60,847 nucleotides of DNA from a virus (Duplodnaviria > Caudoviricetes). The notes beneath the pieces were generated by a model. That model ran no database searches, had not been told where the DNA came from, and saw nothing but the letters and a program-made list of their open reading frames with translations. Positions 1-9,166 of the stretch are shown here, piece by piece. The stretch lies in IMG/VR virus record IMGVR_UViG_3300020042_009006, positions 1 through 60,847 of that record; one strand, given 5' to 3'. Positions within the stretch are counted from its first letter, which is position 1. Every line of letters starts with the position of its first letter. The translations under genes and the position numbers were made by a program.

Positions 1-231
1 GGCCGAATCCGCCTCTGTAACAGAGGGGTATATTATGGGAACTCCTGTAATAGCCCTATGTGGCAAGGTATTTATACCCTTCAGAAACCCTGAAAAACTA
101 AGGGTTTGCCCGAGTTGCAAAGAAATTATGGATGCACTATTCTTGTAATACCAGAAATACTCGAATCTAAAAAGTCGAGGTATACTGGTATTCCAATCAA
201 TACTCCCCTACTAGAAACGGTATAACTACAT

Positions 232-2265
232 ATGTTCTCATTTAAATTAAATGAAGAGTTCGTAGCGGAGTACAAACAAAAAGAATCACCTTTTGGTTAC
301 AAAGATGCCGCTGGCAACTCTGTAGGCGAAATTACATTCTTGCGTACGTACTCTCGCAAAAAAGAAGATGGCTCAAAAGAAACTTGGGCAGAAGTTTGTG
401 AGCGTGTAACTAACGGCACTTACTCAATCCAAAAAGATCACGCAAAGCAGAATCGCTTGCCTTGGTCTGATGCTAAAGCTGCTGCCTCGGCAAAAGAGTT
501 TTTTGACTCTCTATTTAATTTAAAGTGGTCTCCTCCGGGTCGTGGACTTTGGGTTATGGGAACCAACATCGTAAACGTTCAGAAGAACTCAGCTGCTCTG
601 CAGAACTGTGCTTTTGTATCTACTTTGGAAATGACCAAGCAGAACCCAGGTAAGCCATTCGCGTTCCTCATGGAGGCATCAATGCTCGGTGTGGGTGTTG
701 GCTTCGATGACAAGGGTGCAGACAAGGGCTTTGAAATTTATAGCCCTGGAACTCCTCAGGATTATGATATTCCGGACACCCGTGAAGGTTGGCAGGAGTC
801 AACAGTTGCACTTATCAACTCGTTCCTAAAGCCAGACCAGCCGCGCTGGGATTTCAACTATGACCAGATTCGCCCATACGGTTCGCCTATCGCTACCTTC
901 GGTGGAACTGCTTCGGGTCCAGATCCGCTAATTGCACTTCACAACAAAATCACTAGTATCTTCGAGGGTCGCAAGGGTGAGCTACTTACCACTGTTGACA
1001 TTGCAGACATTGGTAACCTAATTGGTCGCTGTGTAGTGTCAGGTAACGTTCGTCGCTCAGCAGAGCTTTTGATTGGTCGAATTGACGATGACAACTTCTT
1101 GAACCTCAAGAATGCTGACAAGTTCCCGGACCGTAACTCATATGATGCGGAGAGCCCGGGTTGGGGTTGGATGTCAAACAACTCGGTCATGGTCAACGTT
1201 GGAACTGACTTCTCGAAGATTATCGACGGAATCATCCGCAATGGTGAGCCTGGCGTTATCTGGGAAGACATCTCTAAGGCTTATGGCCGTCTAGGTGACC
1301 CAATCAACAACAAGGACCACCGCATCATGGGCTACAACCCTTGTGCAGAGCAGTCGCTTGAGAGCTACGAAATGTGTACTCTTGTTGAGACTTACCTAAA
1401 CCGTCACGACTCGTTGGAAGACTACAAGCGTACTTTGAAGTTCGCTTACCTCTATGCCAAGACCGTGACCCTACTTCCTACTCACTGGGAAGAGACCAAC
1501 GCCATCATGCAGCGTAACCGTCGTATCGGAACTTCAATGTCTGGTATTGCTAACTTCGCTGACAACAAGGGCATCCCTGCTCTTCGTACATGGATGGACG
1601 AAGGCTACGCAGTTGTAAAGCGTTACGACACTGTCTACTCGGAGTGGTTGGGTATTCGTGAGTCAATCAAGACCACGACCGTCAAGCCATCAGGTACTGT
1701 GTCTATTCTTGCTGGTGAGTCTCCAGGTGTTCACTGGACTCCAGGTGGCGAATATTTCATGCGTGCAATCCGCTTCGGAAACAACGACCCAATGTTGCCA
1801 CTATTCAAGATGGCTAACTACACAATTGAGCCAGCCTCTGAATCACCAGAGACTACTTCAGTAGTGTTCTTCCCAATCAAGTCAGGGGCTAAGCGTGCAG
1901 AGCGCGACGTCACTATCTTTGAGAAGATGGCGCTCGCGGCAACTGCTCAGCGTTACTGGTCAGACAACTCTGTGTCGGTGACTATTTCGTTCGACCCTGA
2001 GACAGAAGCTAAGCACGTTGAGTCTGTACTTCACATGTATGACGGTCAGCTAAAAACTGTATCGTTCTTGCCATCTGGTAACTTTACTTATCCTCAGATG
2101 CCGTACACCCAGATTACTAAGGAAGAGTTCGAGGACGCAGCTGGTAAGTTGTTCCCTATCTCATTCGACGGTGTCTACCAGGGTCTTGGTGTCGAGGCTA
2201 TCGGTGAGGCATATTGCACCACAGACGCCTGTGAAATCAAATTGATTGTGGAGAACCAGAAATAA
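232..2265 (+). CDS. nrdJ: Class II (adenosylcobalamin-dependent) ribonucleotide reductase, monomeric RTPR type
   Basis: RTYSR, PPGRGLW, NCAF, GNVRRSA, NPCAEQ, TTVKPSGT motifs and C-terminal CTTDAC redox pair. Confidence 0.95.
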   Translation: MFSFKLNEEFVAEYKQKESPFGYKDAAGNSVGEITFLRTYSRKKEDGSKETWAEVCERVTNGTYSIQKDHAKQNRLPWSDAKAAASAKEFFDSLFNLKWSPPGRGLWVMGTNIVNVQKNSAALQNCAFVSTLEMTKQNPGKPFAFLMEASMLGVGVGFDDKGADKGFEIYSPGTPQDYDIPDTREGWQESTVALINSFLKPDQPRWDFNYDQIRPYGSPIATFGGTASGPDPLIALHNKITSIFEGRKGELLTTVDIADIGNLIGRCVVSGNVRRSAELLIGRIDDDNFLNLKNADKFPDRNSYDAESPGWGWMSNNSVMVNVGTDFSKIIDGIIRNGEPGVIWEDISKAYGRLGDPINNKDHRIMGYNPCAEQSLESYEMCTLVETYLNRHDSLEDYKRTLKFAYLYAKTVTLLPTHWEETNAIMQRNRRIGTSMSGIANFADNKGIPALRTWMDEGYAVVKRYDTVYSEWLGIRESIKTTTVKPSGTVSILAGESPGVHWTPGGEYFMRAIRFGNNDPMLPLFKMANYTIEPASESPETTSVVFFPIKSGAKRAERDVTIFEKMALAATAQRYWSDNSVSVTISFDPETEAKHVESVLHMYDGQLKTVSFLPSGNFTYPQMPYTQITKEEFEDAAGKLFPISFDGVYQGLGVEAIGEAYCTTDACEIKLIVENQK

Positions 2266-2841
2266 TTGGTAGTAATCAGTAGCGTCTACACAAAGACTGG
2301 CGACCAAGGAACTACTTCTCTCGGAGACGGGAGTCGTACTTCTAAGAACGATGCCAGACTTGAAGCGTTCTCAACCGTAGATGAGGCCAACTCCAGCATT
2401 GGAGTTGCCTTGTCTATGGACATTGATGCTGATGTGAAGGAGGTCCTGCTCCGCATTCAAAACGACATGTTTGATGTTGGGGCAGACCTCTGCACGCCAG
2501 TTATTGATGACCCTAAATATCCACCGCTAAGAGTTACGGAAGAACAGGTTACTCGCCTAGAGAATCTAATCGACCACTACAACGAACCCCTGAGCACTCT
2601 TAGAACTTTTGTGCTTCCTAGTGGGACTCCGCTAGCCGCTCAGCTTCATGTAGCTAGAACGGTAGTTCGCAGAGCGGAACGTCAGACTTGGAATGCTATT
2701 CACGCATTTGGTGAGGGAGTAAACATCACCACTGCCAAGTATCTCAACCGTCTTTCTGACTTACTATTTGTATTATCTAGACATGCTAATCGAGAGATCG
2801 GCGATGTCCTATGGGTTCCAGGTGCTAACCGTGAAAAATAA
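2266..2841 (+). CDS. pduO: ATP:cob(I)alamin adenosyltransferase, PduO type
   Basis: YTKTGDQGTT, TVDEANS, ARTVVRRAER and YLNRLSDLLF signatures. Confidence 0.93.
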   Translation: MVVISSVYTKTGDQGTTSLGDGSRTSKNDARLEAFSTVDEANSSIGVALSMDIDADVKEVLLRIQNDMFDVGADLCTPVIDDPKYPPLRVTEEQVTRLENLIDHYNEPLSTLRTFVLPSGTPLAAQLHVARTVVRRAERQTWNAIHAFGEGVNITTAKYLNRLSDLLFVLSRHANREIGDVLWVPGANREK

Positions 2842-3301
2842 ACTATTAATTGCTACCGGTATTACCGCAGCTGTGCTTGCTGGTCTGTGGGTAAATAAAG
2901 AGGTATCTACTCCAAATTCGAGCTCTGAGCTATCTGAAGTTGGCTGTGTAAATCTCATTGTTGACTATGGAGATCTGCCTACAGAAAAAACTCCTATTAA
3001 CAGTTGTATTTCAGTTGGAAATGGTAACGCATTGGACTTAGTAAAGTCCATTGGAATCAAGATCGATGGTACAGACAAGTATGGCGATCAGATTGTGTGC
3101 CTAGTAAATGGGCTACCAGAGAAAGCTGATTGCTCGGATATGCCGCCTCAGGACGCGTACTGGGCTATTCTCGTACGTCGTCCCGGTGTTATTTCTGAGT
3201 GGGGCTGGGCCGATAAAGGTATCTCCGATTTAGAAGTAAAGGCTGGAGACTCTCTTGCCCTAACATTTACAGTTAACAATGAAGTTAGGTGGCCTCAGTA
3301 A
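2831..3301 (+). CDS. Membrane-anchored or secreted protein, probable DUF4430/transcobalamin C-terminal-like (B12-binding) domain
   Basis: N-terminal hydrophobic segment from GTG 2831; pattern IVCLVNGLP..YWAILV..WGWADKGI..L..GD; adjacent to pduO and nrdJ. Confidence 0.55.
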   Translation: MKNKLLIATGITAAVLAGLWVNKEVSTPNSSSELSEVGCVNLIVDYGDLPTEKTPINSCISVGNGNALDLVKSIGIKIDGTDKYGDQIVCLVNGLPEKADCSDMPPQDAYWAILVRRPGVISEWGWADKGISDLEVKAGDSLALTFTVNNEVRWPQ

Positions 3302-3456
3302 TGAGTACAATCGTATTGACCGGAGTTAAATCAATTAACCTGACTTCATTGACATATTTAGCAAATATTGCGGCTATCACTGCCATGCAGCTACTTGCTA
3401 TATATGCTCTCTATCCAGTGGGCGTCTATGTTTGGCGTCTACTTTATTGCTGCTAA
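3301..3456 (+). CDS. Small membrane protein (51 aa, not in ORF track)
   Basis: ATG overlaps upstream stop; hydrophobic translation MSTIVLTG...WRLLYCC. Confidence 0.45.
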   Translation: MSTIVLTGVKSINLTSLTYLANIAAITAMQLLAIYALYPVGVYVWRLLYCC

Positions 3457-3468
3457 GAAAGAAGAAAA

Positions 3469-3699
3469 ATGAGCGTAATCGTTTATAGCAATCCGAACTG
3501 CACTGCCTGTGAGCAGACCAAGCGTTTCTTGACCGTCAAGGGTATCGAGTTTGAATCTAAGATGATTCAAGATAGCCCAGAGGTGTTTGCTCTTATCGAG
3601 GAGAAGGGCTACGCATCTGCTCCTGTGGTTGTAGCTGGCACTGAAAGCTGGGCTGGATTCCGCCTAGATAAACTGAACACCCTAGTACACCAGGACTAA
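3469..3699 (+). CDS. nrdH: NrdH-like glutaredoxin
   Basis: CTAC active site, APVV, WAGFR. Confidence 0.9.
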   Translation: MSVIVYSNPNCTACEQTKRFLTVKGIEFESKMIQDSPEVFALIEEKGYASAPVVVAGTESWAGFRLDKLNTLVHQD

Positions 3700-3701
3700 T
3701 C

Positions 3702-3896
3702 ATGCCTACATACCCATACAAATGTTCCGAAAATCCTGAGCACGAGCATCAGATGACTCGCTCTATTACCGAAGAAGAGCCAGAAACCCAAACTTGCGTA
3801 GAAGAGGGTTGCGAAGGTAAACTAGTTAGAGTGTTCACTGCACCTCCTATTAATTTCAAGGGTCAGGGCTTTAGCACTAGTCAAAGTTGGCGTTAA
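3702..3896 (+). CDS. FmdB-like zinc-ribbon protein
   Basis: MPTYPYKC start and FKGQGF tail. Confidence 0.7.
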   Translation: MPTYPYKCSENPEHEHQMTRSITEEEPETQTCVEEGCEGKLVRVFTAPPINFKGQGFSTSQSWR

Positions 3897-3911
3897 TAGA
3901 GAGAAATAAAT

Positions 3912-4226
3912 ATGGTTGAGTTCTTCCCATCTGATTACCCCGATTTTATGGAACATGGAGAACCACCGTGTGCTTCTAGCTATCCTGACGCTTTTTTCAC
4001 TGACGAGGCTCCTGAAGGGAACTTCCCTAAGCGCGGTGTATATTCAATGGAGCGCGAGGCTAAAATGACATGTATGGAGTGTCCGTACACTGCTCGTTGC
4101 CTAGAGTATGCTCTAAAAAACCCTGAATTAGTGGGTATCTGGGGCGGTACTACAGAAAATCAAAGAAAAGCTTTACGTAGAGGTATCCCCATCAGCGTTG
4201 GGCTACCTCCAAGACGCAATCGTTAA
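3912..4226 (+). CDS. whiB: WhiB-family Fe-S transcription factor
   Basis: Four Cys (C..CMEC..C) and GIWGG motif. Confidence 0.9.
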   Translation: MVEFFPSDYPDFMEHGEPPCASSYPDAFFTDEAPEGNFPKRGVYSMEREAKMTCMECPYTARCLEYALKNPELVGIWGGTTENQRKALRRGIPISVGLPPRRNR

Positions 4227-4296
4227 AGTACGATAAAATAGTATTGAGCTCTTGGGAGAGAGATGTCTTATACCCTACTATCTCCCGGGAGAAATT

Positions 4297-4563
4297 ATGA
4301 ATGTAGTAAAAATGATTCTCAAGAGAACCGTTGCTCTTGTAATCCTAAAAGTCAGTGCTGTTTTAGCTGCTGGTTCTATCGGTGGCGTTGAGCTTTGGCA
4401 GTCAGCCCTAATCGCGGCTTTCGTTGGTGTTATGGAAGTTGCAGAATCGCTAGCTCGTGCTTACGTTGTTGACGGTGTTCTTGACGAGCAAGAAATTAAC
4501 ATTGCTTTTGCTTCCTCTGCTGAAGCAGAAGTTGCTCGTGGCAAGAAAGAATCAGAACTCTAA
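4297..4563 (+). CDS. Membrane protein
   Basis: Two hydrophobic helices; GGAGA RBS before ATG 4297. Confidence 0.6.
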   Translation: MNVVKMILKRTVALVILKVSAVLAAGSIGGVELWQSALIAAFVGVMEVAESLARAYVVDGVLDEQEINIAFASSAEAEVARGKKESEL

Positions 4564-4577
4564 AATTAGAGAAACAG

Positions 4578-4605
4578 GTCCCTCTGAGAAATCAGGGGGA
4601 TTTGT
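4578..4605 (+). terminator. Intrinsic terminator
   Basis: CCCTCTGA-GAAA-TCAGGGG hairpin followed by T-rich tail. Confidence 0.6.
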
Positions 4606-4660
4606 TGCATTTACGGGGAAAGTTTGATACTATTTCTCTACAACAGTAGAAAGAGAATAA

Positions 4661-4894
4661 ATGACTTTTGAAGAATGGCTAGAGCTAGGAATCAACAACG
4701 GTTGGATTGGTCCATCTGTGTGCTACACGCACGATGGTCTTCCTACAAGTGAAGCAGAAGATCTGGAATTTGAAGAGGGCGATCCTTGTATCCACATTCT
4801 TCGACTTTACGAAGACTTTGATCACAAGCGTGCTGTGCAAGAAAACCACTCGCCATCAGTTTGGCGTGCAACTAATCGTGGATTAGACGTATAA
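4661..4894 (+). CDS. Hypothetical protein
   Basis: ORF with purine-rich RBS. Confidence 0.6.
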   Translation: MTFEEWLELGINNGWIGPSVCYTHDGLPTSEAEDLEFEEGDPCIHILRLYEDFDHKRAVQENHSPSVWRATNRGLDV

Positions 4895-4922
4895 TAAATA
4901 CGTTCAGATAAAAAGGAGAATC

Positions 4923-5066
4923 ATGGCAAAAGGTAAAGGTGGAGGCAGTAAGCCTACAGCTAAAGATGCTAACGACGATCGAGTAAGCATGAAGAAAAAA
5001 GCTTACAAGAAGCGTCCAAAAATTTTTGATGCAATTAAGCGTCGTTTGGTTACAAAGAAGGACTAA
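4923..5066 (+). CDS. Small basic protein (47 aa, not in ORF track)
   Basis: AGGAG RBS; MAKGKGGGSK...VTKKD; stop overlaps next ATG. Confidence 0.6.
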   Translation: MAKGKGGGSKPTAKDANDDRVSMKKKAYKKRPKIFDAIKRRLVTKKD

Positions 5067-5812
5067 TGTCTGTAAAGCTTGTAGCTTTTGATTTAGATGG
5101 AACCCTTGCACCTAGCAAGGGTTTTATCTCTTTGGAGATGGCGTACTCATTGAGTATGCTTCTATCTAGCACTCAGGTGTGCATAATCACTGGTGGCACC
5201 AAAAAGCAGATTCTTTCTCAGGTTGTAAAGAAGCTACCTAAGGGAGCTAATCTAAAAAACTTATCTATAATGCCAACTAGTGGAGCATCTTATCTAAAAC
5301 TTGGTCTATTTGGTTGGAAGCCCGTCTACTCACTAAAACTAAAGAGACGTGAGATTAGAAGAATTAATCGAGTTGTAAAAGCTTCGGCTATCTTACTTGG
5401 TTACTGGCCCACAGAAAGCTATGGCAAAACCATTGACAATAGAGGTGCTCAGATTACCTTCTCTGGGTTAGGTCAGAAAGCCCCTGGGTATCTTAAGGAT
5501 TCCTGGGATAAAAATGGCGATAAGAAGAAAAAACTTAAATCCAAGATTTCTGGGTACTTGCCTGAGTTTGAAGTTAGATCTGGTGGGTCTACCAGCATAG
5601 ACATAACAAAAAAGGGTGTTGACAAAGGGTTTGCAGTTCTAGAACTTATCAGACTAAACTCTCTTAATACTGAAGAAGTAGTTTTTGTTGGCGATAGATT
5701 AGATAAAGACGGCAATGACTTTCCAGTGCTACAAACTGGAGTTAGATGTATAGAAGTAAAAAACCCCTGGCAAACCCTGGGAGTAATATCTGATTTGCTA
5801 AAAAGCTTATAA
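5066..5812 (+). CDS. HAD-IIB phosphomannomutase-like enzyme
   Basis: FDLDGTL, RGAQITFSGLG, GGSTSIDI, KGVDK and FVGD..GND motifs. Confidence 0.8.
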   Translation: MSVKLVAFDLDGTLAPSKGFISLEMAYSLSMLLSSTQVCIITGGTKKQILSQVVKKLPKGANLKNLSIMPTSGASYLKLGLFGWKPVYSLKLKRREIRRINRVVKASAILLGYWPTESYGKTIDNRGAQITFSGLGQKAPGYLKDSWDKNGDKKKKLKSKISGYLPEFEVRSGGSTSIDITKKGVDKGFAVLELIRLNSLNTEEVVFVGDRLDKDGNDFPVLQTGVRCIEVKNPWQTLGVISDLLKSL

Positions 5813-5852
5813 GTCTGATATAATGTACTTACAACTAAATATCGACAAACAA

Positions 5853-6193
5853 GGGGATGACTGGTTTCGACAGTTATTCTGAAGTTGGTGAAGCAAGCCG
5901 AGATGGCGGAGTCTCGTAAAACCGCTAAACAAAATAAATGCTGAATCTCGTTCTGCATTCGCTCTAGCAGCCTGATAGTTGTTAGACGCCCCTAGCAAAG
6001 CACCAGTCCTAAGTGGGCAGCTAGGTTTTAAATAAATAGGACACCAAAGCAACAGGGCTAAATCGCTTGCCTGGAAAAGCGAAAATATAGTGGTCTGGCA
6101 GGTCAAACACTATTTATATTCAAACTGCCTAAGCTTGTAGAAGAACAATGAATCCGTAACTGGACCGGGGTTCGATTCCCCGCATCTCCACCA
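5853..6193 (+). ncRNA. ssrA: tmRNA; tag peptide (A)AESRSAFALAA encoded at 5940-5975
   Basis: GGGGATG/CATCTCC acceptor stem with G3:U wobble, T-arm GGTTCGATTCC, 3' ACCA, tag reading frame ending FALAA-stop. Confidence 0.95.
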
Positions 6194-6194
6194 A

Positions 6195-6266
6195 TGATCA
6201 CTAGCTCAACGGCAGAGCATCCGACTGTTAATCGGACGGTTCCTGGTTCGAATCCAGGGTGGTCAG
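6195..6266 (+). tRNA. tRNA-Asn(GTT)
   Basis: Full cloverleaf; anticodon arm TCCGA-CTGTTAA-TCGGA. Confidence 0.9.
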
Positions 6267-6453
6267 CGCTCTAGACAGAGAGGCGTAAAGCGGTCTAGGT
6301 TCCATTTGCATGTGGGACACCCTCTCAACTATGAGAGACCATGGAGCTAGCAGAAATGCTAGGGTGCCATTGATCTACTGAATAGACCTCGGTTGCAAAC
6401 GAACTATTTGGTAAGTCGCATATCGCTGGATGATGGGTCGTATGGTTCCAGTG

Positions 6454-6537
6454 GAGCTAAATGGGGATGCTTGTCAGGCTTCGCAAGAAGTACCTTCGGG
6501 TTCTCTGACAGGGCAGGTTCAAGACCTGCGTAGCTCG
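6454..6537 (+). ncRNA. tRNA-like structured RNA without an anticodon loop (class unknown)
   Basis: GAGCTA/TAGCTC acceptor-like stem, GCAGG-TTCAAGA-CCTGC T-arm, TTGTCAG/CTGACAG stem enclosing GCAA and cUUCGg tetraloop hairpins. Confidence 0.6.
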
Positions 6538-6605
6538 CAAAGTTAATGTACAAAACTATTTTGTATAATCGTCGTATAAACTTAGGATTAAGTTTGTATA
6601 CTGGT

Positions 6606-7115
6606 ATGGAAGCTTTCAAAAGACCCTCTTGGACAGAGATTAGATTCGAAAATGCCAAGAGCATTGCCAAACGCTCACGCTGTAGCCGTGCCCAAATAGG
6701 CGCAGTTATTGTTGATAGACGCGAACGGATCATTGCCGAAGGGTATAACGGTCCAGCTGCTGGATTAGATGTGTCTGGACAGTGCATGGAGTGGTGCGAA
6801 CGTGCTCAGGGTAAGACTGGACTAGGTGCAGCCTATGATGGCTGCCCGTCAATTCACGCTGAAGCAAACGCCCTTCTTTATGTAGACCGCTGGTCTGTTG
6901 AAGGTGGCAGTATCTATGTGACTGCTCCACCCTGCATGGGTTGTGCCAAACTGATATCTAACTCTGGCATCAAAACTGTCCACTGCTTGATAGGCGAAGA
7001 GGATTACCACAGAAATCCAGAAACTGTTATGGAATACCTTGAAAAATGTGGAATAGACGTGTATGCTTATAACCGAATTACCAACGAAATCGAAGGAACC
7101 TATTATGGAAAATGA
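6606..7115 (+). CDS. dCMP deaminase
   Basis: RSRC, GYNG, HAEANA and PCMGC zinc motifs. Confidence 0.92.
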   Translation: MEAFKRPSWTEIRFENAKSIAKRSRCSRAQIGAVIVDRRERIIAEGYNGPAAGLDVSGQCMEWCERAQGKTGLGAAYDGCPSIHAEANALLYVDRWSVEGGSIYVTAPPCMGCAKLISNSGIKTVHCLIGEEDYHRNPETVMEYLEKCGIDVYAYNRITNEIEGTYYGK

Positions 7116-7599
7116 CGACCAAATTAACGCAATCAAAGAAGCTAGAGCAAATGAGCAGATAGAAGCTGCTGGAGCTCATGCGGCAGAAGTGCACCACAAT
7201 CTAATGAATGCACTTGAAGACCACTTTGAGTACGAAAAAGTGAAGAAGGACCGTAGCCGAGCTGAGATAGTAAAAGGCTACCTCCTAGAGGAGTGGACCT
7301 GGCTGACAACCCTTGAAGATAAAGTGAATGCCGAGGAGGATGTCCCTGCTCCAGACCACTGTGCTCACGTCGACCCCCTAAACCCAACCGTCTGGATTGG
7401 GATGTTAGCTCAGCCAAATAAGCTTTATTGTATGGAATGTGCTATAGACCAGGCAAACAAAGATGTCAGCACTGGTCAAGAGCTTTGTGACCGTTGTCAC
7501 ACAACTAACGAAAGCGGCGAATTCTACGAGTTTGTTATGCCTATCGTAAACATCCAGTTCATGGGTTCTATCTGTAAGAGCTGTCTAGACAAAGTCTAA
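7105..7599 (+). CDS. Hypothetical Cys-rich protein
   Basis: Three CxxC pairs. Confidence 0.6.
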   Translation: MENDDQINAIKEARANEQIEAAGAHAAEVHHNLMNALEDHFEYEKVKKDRSRAEIVKGYLLEEWTWLTTLEDKVNAEEDVPAPDHCAHVDPLNPTVWIGMLAQPNKLYCMECAIDQANKDVSTGQELCDRCHTTNESGEFYEFVMPIVNIQFMGSICKSCLDKV

Positions 7600-7603
7600 A
7601 GTA

Positions 7604-8308
7604 ATGGACGCCCCTAACGACCCTGGAAAAGCCCTACTCTATGCCCGCGTTTCTACGCAGATGCAGGTAAACGATGGTGTATCTCTAGATGTTCAGGAGC
7701 GACAGCTTATAACGGCTGCCGAGTTCCACGGGTTTACTTCGTATGAAGTTATCCGAGAGGAGGGCCGTTCCGGAAAAAGCGTTAAGGGACGCCCTGTTTT
7801 GCTGGGTGCTTTGAGTGCCCTGGAACGAAAAGAAGCAAACGCCCTTATTGTTACTAGAATCGACCGACTTGCTAGGTCGACCACCGACTTCCTAGATATC
7901 GTGGATATGGCTAACAAGCAGGGGTGGCGACTAATCATGTTGGATCTGAACCTAGATACATCTTCTTATCAAGGTAGGTTCGTTGTTACTGTGATGTCAG
8001 CGCTCGCGGAAATGGAGCGAGGCATTATTGCTGCCCGTCAAAAGGATGTGCATAAGGACCGCCGAGACCGTGGAGTTGTCTGGGGTGTCGATATGGGACC
8101 TAAAAATAAAACACCACTTGACATTAAAGAGCGTATTATGGTAGAAAGAAGTAGTGGACGCAGCTACGCTAAGATTGCCGAAGGTTTGAACCGAGACGAG
8201 GTTCCTACACAAAACGGTGGTAAGTGGTATGCTTCGACGGTAAAGAACATAGTAGACGCCATTATTGTTGAAAAGGAGGCAGACGATGGGACGCCGAAAG
8301 AAGAGTAA
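7604..8308 (+). CDS. Serine recombinase (resolvase catalytic domain plus short C-terminal DNA-binding domain)
   Basis: YARVST catalytic Ser, SG..RP, RIDRLARS, AEMER. Confidence 0.9.
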   Translation: MDAPNDPGKALLYARVSTQMQVNDGVSLDVQERQLITAAEFHGFTSYEVIREEGRSGKSVKGRPVLLGALSALERKEANALIVTRIDRLARSTTDFLDIVDMANKQGWRLIMLDLNLDTSSYQGRFVVTVMSALAEMERGIIAARQKDVHKDRRDRGVVWGVDMGPKNKTPLDIKERIMVERSSGRSYAKIAEGLNRDEVPTQNGGKWYASTVKNIVDAIIVEKEADDGTPKEE

Positions 8309-8627
8309 TGTTCCTGATGAACCAAAGCCGAATGACTTGTGGGAAATACAGACCGAGATGCTGATTAATGGACGCCACGTAAAGCCTGGAACTGAGCTGA
8401 AGATTGCAGGGTGGACTGGCCGTTATCGTTTTGTTAAGTACGTGAAGACTGAAAAAGGTCACGAGTGGGTGGATGTTATCGGTGGGCCTAAAGGCTCTAA
8501 TGCTTTTAGAAGCTGTAGCTTAGAAATGATTAAGCGTGTGCACTACAAGAATCAGACTTATCAGAACCTAGCCATTGACTACAAAATTAAAAAGAAGGCT
8601 CTCAAAGAGGAGAATGATGCCGTATAA
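8286..8627 (+). CDS. Hypothetical protein
   Basis: AGGAGG RBS before ATG 8286. Confidence 0.65.
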   Translation: MGRRKKSNVPDEPKPNDLWEIQTEMLINGRHVKPGTELKIAGWTGRYRFVKYVKTEKGHEWVDVIGGPKGSNAFRSCSLEMIKRVHYKNQTYQNLAIDYKIKKKALKEENDAV

Positions 8628-8994
8628 AGATAAAGACAAACAACGTAAGTTTCAGGTTGAGTGGCGTAGAGCCAACCGAGATGCATTTATAACTTCTCGT
8701 GGCGGGTGCTGCGAAAGCTGTGGATCTTTTGACAGACTTGAAGTAGACCACATAGACGGCAAACTAAAAACTATGAATCCGACTAGAATATGGTCACGTA
8801 CTCCTGAGATACAAGCAAAAGAGTTGTCTAATTGCCAGGTATTATGCTATGGTTGTCACAAGGAAAAAACTATAAAAGAACGCCACGTAGATAATCCCCA
8901 CGGGATTTATGCAAAATACAAAGAAGGTTGCAGATGCACAGAGTGTCGTGCAGCTAATGCTAAGCGTTCAAGAATTGCTAGAGGGAAGGAATAA
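8614..8994 (+). CDS. HNH endonuclease
   Basis: CESCG..LEVDHID..NCQVLCYGCH. Confidence 0.85.
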   Translation: MMPYKDKDKQRKFQVEWRRANRDAFITSRGGCCESCGSFDRLEVDHIDGKLKTMNPTRIWSRTPEIQAKELSNCQVLCYGCHKEKTIKERHVDNPHGIYAKYKEGCRCTECRAANAKRSRIARGKE

Positions 8995-8998
8995 CAGA

Positions 8999-9166
8999 GT
9001 GAGTGAGAACGTAACTAAAAAAGAGATTGTTGTCTTTGCTGGAATTATTGTTGCGATGATTGCGTCTCTGGTTTATGGATTCTTTTTTGCTGGGGTTGGA
9101 AAAGTCGACAACTGCTGGGACAACTACACGACGGAACGTGAGGCGATCTTAAATTGCGAACAATAG
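8999..9166 (+). CDS. Small membrane protein
   Basis: AAGGA RBS, GTG start, one TM helix. Confidence 0.5.
   Translation: MSENVTKKEIVVFAGIIVAMIASLVYGFFFAGVGKVDNCWDNYTTEREAILNCEQ

Noticed and set aside
1-231. Cobalamin riboswitch upstream of nrdJ
   Set aside because: No B12-box recognised by eye; an Rfam scan would be needed to exclude it.
5807-6106. Minus-strand ORFs over tmRNA and similar shadow ORFs over nrdJ, terL and portal
   Set aside because: They overlap well-supported features and show no recognisable motifs.
6478-6491. Reading the GCAA hairpin as a tRNA-Cys anticodon arm
   Set aside because: The loop is a 4-nt GNRA rather than a 7-nt anticodon loop, and there is no D-stem.
7604-8308. 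Serine recombinase as a prophage integrase or transposon
   Set aside because: At 234 aa it is too short for a large serine integrase; no att sites, terminal repeats or host genes are visible. Any link to the array is only a hypothesis.
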